From: Desulfomicrobium sp.
Lineage (GTDB): Bacteria; Desulfobacterota; Desulfovibrionia; Desulfovibrionales; Desulfomicrobiaceae
Direction: 5' to 3'
Assembly (NCBI GenBank): GCA_040768745.1
Contig: JAXGMI010000002.1
Span: forward strand, 352,001 to 416,000
Length of the DNA stretch: 64,000 nucleotides
The position numbers were made by a program, and so were the translations under genes. Positions 31,791-41,591 of this stretch are shown here, one piece after another; the stretch's first letter is position 1, and each line of letters starts with the position of its first letter. Below the pieces are notes generated by a model, which saw only the letters and a program-made list of their open reading frames with translations, made no database searches and was not told where the DNA came from.

Positions 31791-32723
31791 TCAGGGCATG
31801 GTCCTGTGATACACGCCATCAAGAATCTCCCGGCCACCTGCATCCAGCACGGCCCTGGCCACGGAAGAGCCCAGTTCCCGGGCCTCGTTCACCGGACCCT
31901 GGGCTTCCTTGCGGACAATCCGTTCGCCACACAAATCCGCCACCAGGCCGGTCATGTGCAGGCGGGATCCTGAAAGCGTGGCGAATCCGGCAATGGGAAC
32001 CTGGCAGCCTCCGTCCAGACCGAACAGAAAGGCCCTTTCGGCTTCCACGCATGCCCTGGAAGGCTGGTGATCCAGAAATGCCAGCAGTTTGTCCAGTTCA
32101 TGCCGGTCCGAGCGGTACTCGATGCCCAGGGCCCCCTGCGCCACTGCAGGGTAAAAGGTCGGGGGGCTCAGTTCCTGCATGTGCGGGGCCGACAGCCCCA
32201 GCCGGCGCAAGCCGGCCATGGCCACGATGATGGCGTCGAATTCGCCGCTCATCAGTTTGCCCACCCGCGTGTCCAGATTGCCGCGCAGGGAGACGATCTG
32301 AAGGTCGCGGCGCAGGCTCATGAGCTGAGTCTGGCGGCGCAGGCTGCTGGTTCCCACCTTGGCGCAGGGCGGCAGAGAGGCGATGTCGGAAAACCTGGCA
32401 CTCAGGAAGCAGTCCGTGGGTACCTCGCGCTCCGGGATGATCCCGAGTTTCAGCCCCTGGGGCAGATCGGCCGGCACATCCTTCATGGAGTGCACGGCTA
32501 TATCGGCCTCACCGGCCAGCAGGGCCTCTTCGATCTCTTTCACAAAGAGGCCCTTACCCCCGATCTTGGCCAGAGGGACATCCAGGATCTTGTCCCCTTT
32601 GGTCTTAATGATATTCAACCCAACGGAAATGCCAGGGTATTTGGACCGGAGCAGATCCGAAATATGGTGCGCCTGCCACAGGGCCAGCTTGCTTCCGCGG
32701 GTTGCGATGCGAATGGTTTTCAT
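31791..32723 (-). CDS. hemC: Porphobilinogen deaminase
   Basis: [34 protein letters not shown]. Confidence 0.95.
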   Translation of the reverse strand: MKTIRIATRGSKLALWQAHHISDLLRSKYPGISVGLNIIKTKGDKILDVPLAKIGGKGLFVKEIEEALLAGEADIAVHSMKDVPADLPQGLKLGIIPEREVPTDCFLSARFSDIASLPPCAKVGTSSLRRQTQLMSLRRDLQIVSLRGNLDTRVGKLMSGEFDAIIVAMAGLRRLGLSAPHMQELSPPTFYPAVAQGALGIEYRSDRHELDKLLAFLDHQPSRACVEAERAFLFGLDGGCQVPIAGFATLSGSRLHMTGLVADLCGERIVRKEAQGPVNEARELGSSVARAVLDAGGREILDGVYHRTMP

Positions 32724-32742
32724 GTCGATGGGAAATCCTTGG

Positions 32743-32985
32743 TTATCCGCAGCTGGAACAATTTCCGCCGGAACAGCTGCCGCAGCTGCTTTTGCCTCGG
32801 GTGGTGAAGGCATTGGCGCTGGGCGAGCCCTTGACAATGGGTCCCCCGGTCCGGAACTGCCCACGGGACATCAGCTTGGTGGTATCCTTCGCGCCGCAGG
32901 CCGGACAGGCGGGATCAGCCCCTCCCAGGACGATTTCCTCGAATTCCTTTTTGCATGCGTTGCACACATATTCAAAGATAGGCAT
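32743..32985 (-). CDS. FmdB-family zinc-ribbon protein
   Basis: [16 protein letters not shown], Cys-rich tail. Confidence 0.85.
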   Translation of the reverse strand: MPIFEYVCNACKKEFEEIVLGGADPACPACGAKDTTKLMSRGQFRTGGPIVKGSPSANAFTTRGKSSCGSCSGGNCSSCG

Positions 32986-32994
32986 AATTCCTCC

Positions 32995-33612
32995 TTATTT
33001 CCTGATCAGGCCAGGGTCGAGCTCGGCAACGGCCTCGAAAAGATAATGGTCAACCAGCCAGCAAAGCAGATGTCCAATGGCCGCGTGTACCTCCTGGACC
33101 AGCGGGGTGCGGCTGTCCGGGACGATCAGGGCATGGCGACAGTGGGCGACCATGCCCCCGCCGTCTCCTCCTCCCAGACCCACGGTGACGAGGCCGTTTT
33201 CCAAGCCCACACGGAGCGCCTCGTTGACGTTGGGACTCTGGCCCGAGGTGGATATCCCGATCAGAACATCCCCGGGACGCCCCAGGGCCTGGACCTGCTT
33301 GCTGAAAACCTGGGCAAAGGAATAATCGTTGGCAATGGCGGTCAGGGCCGAGGTATCCGTGGTCAGGGCGATGGCCGGAAGAGGGGGACGCTCCATGAGA
33401 AAACGGTTGACCATTTCCGCGGCGAGATGCTGGGCGTCGGCCGCGCTGCCGCCATTGCCGCAGAAAAGGATCTTCCCGCCCCCTGTCAGGCTGAACGCCA
33501 TGGCCCGCGCGACGTCGTCCACGCACTGGGCGTTGTCTGAAAAAAAAGCTTCCCGAAGCCGGGCTCCGTCATGGGCGTGGTTCATGATGATTTGCCGGGC
33601 GCGGTTGGTCAT
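32995..33612 (-). CDS. gmhA: Phosphoheptose isomerase
   Basis: GNGGSAADAQH, ANDY, STSG.S.N, QEVH. Confidence 0.92.
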   Translation of the reverse strand: MTNRARQIIMNHAHDGARLREAFFSDNAQCVDDVARAMAFSLTGGGKILFCGNGGSAADAQHLAAEMVNRFLMERPPLPAIALTTDTSALTAIANDYSFAQVFSKQVQALGRPGDVLIGISTSGQSPNVNEALRVGLENGLVTVGLGGGDGGGMVAHCRHALIVPDSRTPLVQEVHAAIGHLLCWLVDHYLFEAVAELDPGLIRK

Positions 33613-34068
33613 AGCCTTTTCCTCATTGTGCATGTTCAACAGGACGTTGGTTTGTAAGTTCCCCCCCGCCCTTTGGCAAGGGTTTCTTCCCCGGGACAAC
33701 CTCCTAAGGGCTCGCACAGAGTGGTTTCTCCGGCCGGCATGCACGCATCCGTATGGTCAGGCGGCACGAGGTTCATGTTCGTGACACGGTAATGTGATCT
33801 GCCCACAGAACGTGCTGTCAGGGAAACCGATTTCAATCTTCCCCCGCACGGTGCGTCAACGCAACCTTTCTTTCCTCACAAGACGCCCGGAATGCCCAGG
33901 CAGTGTGGCTCTCCCAGGATTTAATTCTAATAATCTTGAATCACTGATTATTTTATTCCGGATACCATCTCTTGGACACAAAATGTCTAAAACGCAAATT
34001 CCTTTATTTTTTTGGTTTTCTCGTTTAGAAAACCGTCACTTTCTAACACTTACTCATGGAGGTTGTTT

Positions 34069-35235
34069 GTGAAGAAATCTGCCCGTGTTTTCCTGGCCTT
34101 GGCATGCGTGCTACTCTTTACTGCGGCCGCGGGTGCCGAGAAGATCAAGCTCGGTTTCAACATTCCGCTGACCGGCGACATCCCCAAAGTAGGTGAGATG
34201 GCCAAGCAGTCCGCTGAAATGCTCAAGGAGCAGATCAACGCCAAAGGCGGACTCGATGTCGGAGGCAAGAAGTACCAGCTGGAATTCGTGTACGTTGACA
34301 ACGAAACCAAGCCCGAGTCTGCAGTCAACGCAGCCCTGAAGCTGATCGAAGGCGAGAAGGTCCTGGCCATGATCGGCCCCATGGGTTCCGGACGGGCCGT
34401 TCCCGCCGGCGAAGTGGCCAACAACCAGAAGACCGTCATGGTCGCCCCCTGGTCCACCAACCCCAAGACCACCATCGACCGCCCCTATGTCTTCCGCGCC
34501 TGCTTCCTGGACGACTTCCAGGGGCCGGTGGCAGCCAAGTTCGCCACCCAACAGCTGAAGGCCAAAACCGCCGCGGTCCTGTTCGACGTGGCCCAGGACT
34601 ACTCCAAGGGCCTGGCTGAATTCTTCAAGCAGAGCTTCGAAAAGCTGCATGGCGCCGGCTCCGTGGTCGCCTTCGAGACCTTCACCACCAAGGACGTGGA
34701 CTTCTCCGCCCAGCTGACCAAGATCATCAAGGGCAAGCCCGACGTCCTGTTCACCCCCCAGTACTACAACGAAGTGCCCCTCATCGTCCGCCAGGCCCGC
34801 GAACTGGGCTTCAAGGGCCCGATCCTCGGTTCCGACTCCTGGGGCTCCGCCGAACTCATGGGCCTGTGCGGCGACGACTGCAAGGGCCAGTACTTCGTGA
34901 CCCACTACGCCGCCGCCGGCGCCAAGGGCGCGACCAAGCAGTTCATCGACAACTTCAACGCCAAGTACGGCCAGATCCCCGATGACGTCGGCGCCCTGAC
35001 CTGGGACGCCACCAACATGGCCCTGGCCGCCATCCAGAAGATGGGCGCCCTGTCCGGCGACCTGGGCAAGGACCGCGAGGGCCTGCGCACGGCCATGGCC
35101 TCCATGCGCGGTTTCGAGGGCATCACCGGGACCATGAGCTACGACGGCAAGATCGGTGACCCGTTGAAATGTGCCGTCATCGTCAAGATCAACGACGCGG
35201 GCGAGTTCACCTTCCATGAAACCGTCTGTCCGTAA
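34069..35235 (+). CDS. livK: Branched-chain amino acid ABC transporter substrate-binding protein
   Basis: GGAGG plus GTG start, signal peptide, FRACFLDDFQG, DFSAQLTKI. Confidence 0.88.
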   Translation: MKKSARVFLALACVLLFTAAAGAEKIKLGFNIPLTGDIPKVGEMAKQSAEMLKEQINAKGGLDVGGKKYQLEFVYVDNETKPESAVNAALKLIEGEKVLAMIGPMGSGRAVPAGEVANNQKTVMVAPWSTNPKTTIDRPYVFRACFLDDFQGPVAAKFATQQLKAKTAAVLFDVAQDYSKGLAEFFKQSFEKLHGAGSVVAFETFTTKDVDFSAQLTKIIKGKPDVLFTPQYYNEVPLIVRQARELGFKGPILGSDSWGSAELMGLCGDDCKGQYFVTHYAAAGAKGATKQFIDNFNAKYGQIPDDVGALTWDATNMALAAIQKMGALSGDLGKDREGLRTAMASMRGFEGITGTMSYDGKIGDPLKCAVIVKINDAGEFTFHETVCP

Positions 35236-35248
35236 GCCTGACTGATCC

Positions 35249-35270
35249 CCGGGGGGCCGCGGCCCCCCGG
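35249..35270 (+). terminator. GC-rich stem-loop between livK and livH
   Basis: CCGGGGGGCC-gc-GGCCCCCCGG without U-tract. Confidence 0.55.
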
Positions 35271-35306
35271 TCATCCTCCATCCCAACCGACTTTTTCGGG
35301 TCCGAT

Positions 35307-36233
35307 ATGCTTGAAACTATCATCCAACAGGGCATCAACGCCCTGCAGCTGGGCAGCTACTACTCGCTCATCGCATTGGGCTACTGCCTGGTCTACGGAG
35401 TGCTGCTGCTCATCAACTTTGCCCACGGCGACATCTTCATGGTTGGCGCCTACATCGCCTTTTTCTGCGCCACGGCATTTCTGGGCAAGTTCGGCTACAT
35501 CGATCCCGGCATGCCGGGCTGGATCGTCCTGGCCCTGACCGTGCCCCTGACCATGCTGCTGACTTCGGGGGTCGGCGTCTTCATCGAGCGCGTGGCCTAC
35601 CGGCCCCTGCGCCTCAAGGGAGCCAACCGACTCTATGTGGTCATCACGGCGCTGATGATGGGCATCGTCCTGGAGTACGGCAATCTGGCCATGCTCGGCG
35701 CATCGCGAAAGTCCTTCCCGACCCTGGTCCCCCGGACCATCTTCGAGATCGGCGGGGCCACGGTGACGAGCCTGAAGCTGGCCGCCATCGTCACCAGCTT
35801 CCTGGTCTTTGGCCTCTTGCAGTGGATCGTGACCCGCACCAAATTGGGCATGGCCATGCGCGCCGTATCCTACGACAAATTCGCCGTTCCGCTCATGGGC
35901 ATTCCCCTTGACATCATCATCGTGTTCACCTTCTTCCTGGGCTCGTCCATGGCCGGTCTGGCCGGACTGCTCTACGCCATGAATTTCCCTGTCCTGGACC
36001 CCTTCATGGGTGCCCTGGTCGGCTGGAAGGCCTTTATCGCCGCCGTCGTCGGCGGCATCGGCGACATCCGCGGGGCCTTCATCGGCGGCTTCCTGCTGGC
36101 CTTTCTGGAAGTGACGGTGGCCGCAACCTTCAGTTCCGAGCTGCGCGACCTGATCTCCTTCACCATCCTGTTGGGCATTCTCTCCTGGAAACCAACCGGG
36201 CTCTTCGGCAAGCCCAGAACCACAAAGATCTGA
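35307..36233 (+). CDS. livH: BCAA ABC permease
   Basis: INFAHGD, AFIAAVVGGIG, PTGLFG. Confidence 0.9.
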   Translation: MLETIIQQGINALQLGSYYSLIALGYCLVYGVLLLINFAHGDIFMVGAYIAFFCATAFLGKFGYIDPGMPGWIVLALTVPLTMLLTSGVGVFIERVAYRPLRLKGANRLYVVITALMMGIVLEYGNLAMLGASRKSFPTLVPRTIFEIGGATVTSLKLAAIVTSFLVFGLLQWIVTRTKLGMAMRAVSYDKFAVPLMGIPLDIIIVFTFFLGSSMAGLAGLLYAMNFPVLDPFMGALVGWKAFIAAVVGGIGDIRGAFIGGFLLAFLEVTVAATFSSELRDLISFTILLGILSWKPTGLFGKPRTTKI

Positions 36234-36236
36234 ACC

Positions 36237-37253
36237 ATGAGTCTACGCCTCACCACACCAACGGCGCTGTGCGCCTTGCTTCTGGGCCTCGTCGGCCTGA
36301 CCCAGATCGGCATCCTGGGACAGTATGAGCAGACCTTCCTGTGCACCATGGGCATCTACATGATCCTGGCTGCCAGTCTGAACCTGGTCAACGGCTATAT
36401 GGGCGAATTCAGCTGCGGCCACGCCGGCTTCATGGCTGTGGGCGCCTACACGGCATCCATCGTCGGAGTGATCCTGTTCGTTGGCGACCCCAACTTCGGC
36501 CCTGCCCTGCTGCCCATGGAACTGGCCCCCCTGGCCTTCCCGGTCATTCTGGCGGCGGGCTTCGCCTCTGCCGCCGTGGTCGGCCTGCTGGTTGCCATCC
36601 CGTCGTTCAAGACGCGCGGCGACTATCTGGCCGTCATCACCCTGGCCGCCGGCTATATCGTCAAGAGCGCCCTGGAGAACATCGAGGTTGTGGGCGGTCC
36701 CAGAGGCTTCATGGGCATGAAGAAGGTGACCCTGGGCATCGAGGAGACCTTCGCCGTGCCCTGGATGCTGATCTGGATCTTCATCGGCGTCGTCCTGACC
36801 GTCTGGCTGCTGCGGCGCTTCGTCTACTCGACGTACGGCAAGGGGGTCATGGCCATCCACCAGGACGAGGTTGCGGCCGAGATCATGAGTGTGAACACCA
36901 ACCACATGAAGCTCGTGGCCTTCATGCTCTCCTCGGGCTTGGCCGGGCTGGCGGGCGGCCTCTACGCATACCTGATCGGCTTCGTGAATCCGGCCTCCTT
37001 CACCATCCTGCGCTCCACGGAGTGTCTGGTCATGGTCTACATGGGCGGCATGGGATCCCTGACCGGCTCCATCCTGGCCGCGGGCATCTTCACCATCATG
37101 CTGGAATTCCTGAAGCCCCTGGAGCAGCTCAAATGGGTGGCCATCCCCATGCTGCTCATCCTGCTCATGCAGTTCAGACCCGAAGGGATCATGGGCAATC
37201 GTGAACTTTCGGACGTCTTCCCCAAACTCAAGCGCTTCTACAGGTTCAAATAA
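36237..37253 (+). CDS. livM: BCAA ABC permease
   Basis: GHAGFMAVGAY, RGDYLAVITL, RPEGIMG. Confidence 0.9.
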   Translation: MSLRLTTPTALCALLLGLVGLTQIGILGQYEQTFLCTMGIYMILAASLNLVNGYMGEFSCGHAGFMAVGAYTASIVGVILFVGDPNFGPALLPMELAPLAFPVILAAGFASAAVVGLLVAIPSFKTRGDYLAVITLAAGYIVKSALENIEVVGGPRGFMGMKKVTLGIEETFAVPWMLIWIFIGVVLTVWLLRRFVYSTYGKGVMAIHQDEVAAEIMSVNTNHMKLVAFMLSSGLAGLAGGLYAYLIGFVNPASFTILRSTECLVMVYMGGMGSLTGSILAAGIFTIMLEFLKPLEQLKWVAIPMLLILLMQFRPEGIMGNRELSDVFPKLKRFYRFK

Positions 37254-37254
37254 C

Positions 37255-38022
37255 ATGGCCTTGCTCGAAATCAACGATCTCACCCAACGTTTCGGCGGAC
37301 TCCTGGCCGTCAACGAATTCTCGGTGCGCCTGGAAGGCCGGGAACTCTGCGCCCTTATCGGTCCCAACGGAGCCGGCAAGACCACGGTCTTCAACCTGGT
37401 CAGTGGATTCTACCAGCCCACCTCCGGGTCCATCAAAATTGCGGGCAAGGACACCAGGGGGCTGAAGCCGCACCAGGTCACGTCCCTGGGGGTGGCCCGC
37501 ACCTTCCAGAACATCCGCCTGTGGAACGATATGACGGTGCTGGACAACATCAAGGTCAGCCAGCATTACCGTCTGGGATACAGCCTGATGGACTCCCTCC
37601 TGCGCACACGACGGTATACGGACCGTGAGGCAGATATCGACCATACCGCGATGGAATTGCTGGATTTCATGGGCATGCGCGAACTGGCGGATGAATTTCC
37701 GCCCAACTTGCCCTATGGCGTCCAGCGCAAGGTCGAGATCGCCCGCGCCCTGTCCATCAAGCCAAAGCTTCTCCTTCTGGACGAACCGGCCGCAGGCCTG
37801 CCTTCCACAGATGTGGTGGAACTGATCAAACTCATTGAATGGATCCACAAGGAACTGGACCTGGCCATCTGGATGATTGAACACCAGATGACGGTGGTCA
37901 TGAGCCTGTGCAACTGGATCAAGGTCATCGATTTCGGGTCCACCATCGCCGAAGGCACTCCCGAGGACATCCGCAACAACCCCGTCGTCATCCGGGCCTA
38001 TCTGGGGGATGAAAACATCTGA
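37255..38022 (+). CDS. livG: BCAA ABC ATPase
   Basis: GPNGAGKTT, LPYGVQR, LLLDEP. Confidence 0.9.
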   Translation: MALLEINDLTQRFGGLLAVNEFSVRLEGRELCALIGPNGAGKTTVFNLVSGFYQPTSGSIKIAGKDTRGLKPHQVTSLGVARTFQNIRLWNDMTVLDNIKVSQHYRLGYSLMDSLLRTRRYTDREADIDHTAMELLDFMGMRELADEFPPNLPYGVQRKVEIARALSIKPKLLLLDEPAAGLPSTDVVELIKLIEWIHKELDLAIWMIEHQMTVVMSLCNWIKVIDFGSTIAEGTPEDIRNNPVVIRAYLGDENI

Positions 38023-38744
38023 TGCTTTCTGTCACCAATCTCAAAGTCAAATACGGCAACACCGAAGCCCTGCACGGCATCTCCTTCGAAGTGCGACAGG
38101 GTGAAATCGTGACCCTCATCGGCGCCAACGGCGCGGGCAAGACCACCACCCTCCTGTCCATCTCCCGTCTCGGCCCGCCCGAGGGGCCCAGGATCGTTGA
38201 AGGCGACATCACATACAACGGTCAAAGCCTCCTGGGGATCTCTCCACATGAGGTTGTCAGCAGGATGCGCATGGCCTTGGCTCCTGAAGGGCGGCACATT
38301 TTCGGCAATCTGACGGTGGAGGAAAACCTGAAGCTGGCCACCTACGCCCGGACAGACTCGGATCGGATCAAAACCGACTACCAGCGGGTGTACGACCTCT
38401 TTCCCCGGTTGGTGGAGCGCCGGAAGCAGCGCAGCGAATCCCTGTCCGGGGGCGAACAGCAGATGCTGGCCGTTGGCAGGGCACTGATGACCGGGGCCGA
38501 CTTCATCATGCTCGACGAGCCGTCCATGGGCCTGGCCCCGCTTCTCATGTATGACATGTTCCGGGCCCTGAAGGAACTCAATGGCCAGGGCATGACGCTG
38601 CTCCTGATCGAACAGAACGCGCGCATCGCCCTGCAGTTCGCCCATCGCGGCTATGTGCTGGACACCGGGGCTATCGTGGCCGAAGGGCTGGCCCAGGAGC
38701 TGATGAACAACCCGGATGTGAAGAAGGCCTATCTCGGCGGCTAG
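38022..38744 (+). CDS. livF: BCAA ABC ATPase
   Basis: GANGAGKTT, LSGGEQQML, LDEPSMGLAP. Confidence 0.9.
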   Translation: MLSVTNLKVKYGNTEALHGISFEVRQGEIVTLIGANGAGKTTTLLSISRLGPPEGPRIVEGDITYNGQSLLGISPHEVVSRMRMALAPEGRHIFGNLTVEENLKLATYARTDSDRIKTDYQRVYDLFPRLVERRKQRSESLSGGEQQMLAVGRALMTGADFIMLDEPSMGLAPLLMYDMFRALKELNGQGMTLLLIEQNARIALQFAHRGYVLDTGAIVAEGLAQELMNNPDVKKAYLGG

Positions 38745-38808
38745 CACACGGCAATTTTGTCCCCCATTCAAGCTCAAGCAATACTTGAGCTTGTTTTTTC
38801 AGCAAACC

Positions 38809-39330
38809 ATGGCATCATCAAACATCATCCTCATCGGCATGGCTGCGGCTGGCAAATCCACCATCGGCCGGCGCTTGGCCAAACATTTGCGCTGGGCCTT
38901 TGTGGACACGGACCTGCTCATGGAAGCATGGTGGGGCGCGCCATTGCAACACATCCGCGACTCCCTGGGACTCACGGCCTTTCTGCAGGCCGAAGCCGAC
39001 CAGATATTGCGTCTCAACCTGCGCCAATGTGTGGTGGGCACCGGAGGAAGCGTGGTCTATTCCGAGGCGGCCATGGCCCACCTTGCCGATCTGGGGGTCA
39101 TCGTGCACCTGAAGTCCTCCTTTACAAGCATCGCCCGGCGTCTGACCAACCCCGCTTCCCGTGGGCTGGCCATGGGGCCCAACCAGACCCTGCGGGAACT
39201 CTATGACGAGAGGGCTCCGCTGTACGCCCGCTTCGCCCAGGTGACCGTGAACACTGACTCTACGGACATGAACCAGATCTGCTCCTCCATTGTCCAGGGC
39301 GTAAACCCACTTTTGCAGGAAAACGCGTGA
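38809..39330 (+). CDS. Shikimate-kinase-fold kinase (shikimate or homoserine kinase)
   Basis: GMAAAGKST P-loop, DTD, TGGSVV, ERAPLY. Confidence 0.8.
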   Translation: MASSNIILIGMAAAGKSTIGRRLAKHLRWAFVDTDLLMEAWWGAPLQHIRDSLGLTAFLQAEADQILRLNLRQCVVGTGGSVVYSEAAMAHLADLGVIVHLKSSFTSIARRLTNPASRGLAMGPNQTLRELYDERAPLYARFAQVTVNTDSTDMNQICSSIVQGVNPLLQENA

Positions 39331-39938
39331 TCAAGAAACCCTTGCCGGCCCAGGTCTTTCGCAAACTGTCCGTCCTCTACGAGGACATGCAGACCCAATA
39401 CGTGAATCACGCCCAGGTCCTGGGCCTGACCTGTGACCAGTGTGCAGACAACTGCTGCACCAGTTATTTCCAGCACCACACCCGCGTTGAATGGGCCTAC
39501 CTGTGGGAGGGACTTTCGGAACTTCCAGACCAGACCCGCAACAAATTCACGCAGCGGGCCCGGGATTACGTGCGCCTGGCCGGGGAAGCCCTGGCCGAGG
39601 GGCGGCGGCCCGCCATCATGTGCCCGCTCAACGACGAGGGCAGGTGCGGGATGTATGCGCACAGACTGATGATATGCAGGCTGCACGGGGTTCCCAATCG
39701 CTTGCGCTTTCCGAGTGGAAAGGTTGTGGACTTCCCGGGCTGTTACCGCAGCCAAGCCCTGTGCGCCAACAGGATTGTCTTTCCCGTCCTGGACCGCACC
39801 GCGATGTACGCCCGGCTCATGGAGCTGGAGATGCAGTTCGTCGGCCCCAGACGAGTACGGACCCTCCCACGAGTTGATCTGACCCTGGCCGAAATGATAG
39901 TGCAGGGCCCACCACAACCTCACGCATCAGGAGACTGA
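39327..39938 (+). CDS. YkgJ-like CxxCxxCC cysteine-cluster protein
   Basis: CDQCADNCC, CPL..C..Y..R..ICR. Confidence 0.75.
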   Translation: MIKKPLPAQVFRKLSVLYEDMQTQYVNHAQVLGLTCDQCADNCCTSYFQHHTRVEWAYLWEGLSELPDQTRNKFTQRARDYVRLAGEALAEGRRPAIMCPLNDEGRCGMYAHRLMICRLHGVPNRLRFPSGKVVDFPGCYRSQALCANRIVFPVLDRTAMYARLMELEMQFVGPRRVRTLPRVDLTLAEMIVQGPPQPHASGD

Positions 39939-39939
39939 C

Positions 39940-40437
39940 ATGTGCCGCCGCGTCATGCTGGGTCTTGGACTCGCTCTGTTGCTCACGGCCTGCGCCCATT
40001 TGAGCGTCATCCACCTGGACAAGAAGCCCTGGGCCCTCGGCCAGGAGGACAGCTTGACCATGCGTTTCTGGGAATTCTCCTACACCAGTCGTCTCCAGAA
40101 CAACAAGCTGGTTGTCTCCGGAACGGCCAGACCAGTGCAGGGCTCCATCCCGCCATGGGCGACCTGGATTCAGGATCTGTGGTTGCAGATCTACCTCAGC
40201 GACGACCAGAGCAAGGTTCTGGCCAAGGATCTGCGGCTCTATCTGCCCATGGCCCTGGATCACACCCATGGAGTGCCTTTTGAATTCCACCTCATGCCCG
40301 AGGCCCTGGGTTCCTCGGGACCCCTCTACGTGTCCTTCGGGTACCGCATGGAGCTGACCCCGGGCAGAACCAGGCAGACGTCACCCGGAGAAAGCCCGCA
40401 GGTCTTTTTCGCCAGTCAAGGCGCGCTCTTCCAGTAG
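39940..40437 (+). CDS. Lipoprotein
   Basis: Lipobox LTAC; AGGAG RBS. Confidence 0.75.
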   Translation: MCRRVMLGLGLALLLTACAHLSVIHLDKKPWALGQEDSLTMRFWEFSYTSRLQNNKLVVSGTARPVQGSIPPWATWIQDLWLQIYLSDDQSKVLAKDLRLYLPMALDHTHGVPFEFHLMPEALGSSGPLYVSFGYRMELTPGRTRQTSPGESPQVFFASQGALFQ

Positions 40438-40513
40438 CTTCACCTGAAAAAAACGCCAGGAAGCATCGGCTTCCTGGCGTTCATGATCGCTGGGACCGGA
40501 TGAAAAGCGGGTC

Positions 40514-40996
40514 CTAGTTGATCGTGCGCGATTCATCCCGCAGTTGCACCACCAGGGATTGGGCCAACTGACGGGCTTGATCCGTTTTTTTCCACTCTTC
40601 GTACACATGCATCCAGTAATCAAAGCCGTAAATCTTTTGCATGAGCTGGTCTTCATGGAGGTTTACCCATGTATCGAACAAATACATTTCCGTGGCGAAA
40701 TCTTTACTGTCGAGTATCTTGGGTATTGTATTGACGGGAAACCTGTTCCCTTCGAAATTAAGCTGCAAAAATTCCACAACCGCGCGCTGGGACAGTTCCG
40801 GGGAAAGAGGCTTGTCCTTCACCCGTTCCGCCAGTTCCCAATAGTCCGGGAATTGGCTCTGCATCTGGTTCAGTTGCTCCTCTGTCAACGAGATGTACAA
40901 TTTCCCTTCGCGCTCCTCGATGAAATAATATCGGAGCCAGAACTCGAAATGGAAAACCTTGACCGTGTCATTCAACGCGTTGTGCGGCGTGGCCAT
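40514..40996 (-). CDS. Conserved hypothetical protein
   Basis: FEFWLRYYF; GGAG RBS. Confidence 0.7.
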   Translation of the reverse strand: MATPHNALNDTVKVFHFEFWLRYYFIEEREGKLYISLTEEQLNQMQSQFPDYWELAERVKDKPLSPELSQRAVVEFLQLNFEGNRFPVNTIPKILDSKDFATEMYLFDTWVNLHEDQLMQKIYGFDYWMHVYEEWKKTDQARQLAQSLVVQLRDESRTIN

Positions 40997-41158
40997 TTTT
41001 CTCCCCTGTATCATGGTTTTAAGTAATGATTGGCAGCCAGATGAAAAATTTCAGCAAGCATCATCCATAGAGCAAAACACAATTTCATGCTTTATTGACA
41101 AAAACTGTAAACAAAAGTAATAATGAAAATACATATACGCGATAGGTGGAGGTTGAAC

Positions 41159-41551
41159 ATGGAAGATTATGTAAAACAGGCTCTCGAGATCGTCAAAGCA
41201 CAGGCCAGCGTGCGCAATATGACTGAAGAAGAGCTGACCTCTATGGTCCGTTCCCTGACTGCAGGCATCAAAAATGTCGCCGAAGGCACGGTGCCTGAAC
41301 CTGCCAAGGTTCCAGTGGCCGATGATCCCAAAAAGGCCATCCGGGAAAAAAGTGTCATCTGCATGGAATGCGACAAATCGTTCAAGGTGCTGACCAAGCG
41401 CCACTTGGCGATGCACAACCTGACCCCCGAGGAATACCGAGAAAAATGGGGCTACAAAAAGGGCACCTCCCTGGTGGCCAAGTCCCTGGCCCGCGAGCGT
41501 CGCAAAAAAATGCAGGACATGAAGCTCTGGGAAAAGAGGGTCAAGAAATAG
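41159..41551 (+). CDS. MucR/Ros family regulator
   Basis: ICMECDKSFKVLTKRHL..H.LTPEEYREKWG; GGAGG RBS; TTGACA at 41095. Confidence 0.9.
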   Translation: MEDYVKQALEIVKAQASVRNMTEEELTSMVRSLTAGIKNVAEGTVPEPAKVPVADDPKKAIREKSVICMECDKSFKVLTKRHLAMHNLTPEEYREKWGYKKGTSLVAKSLARERRKKMQDMKLWEKRVKK

Positions 41552-41591
41552 ATGTGGTTGGTGAACGCGGCCACGCACTGCTTTGCCGCGT

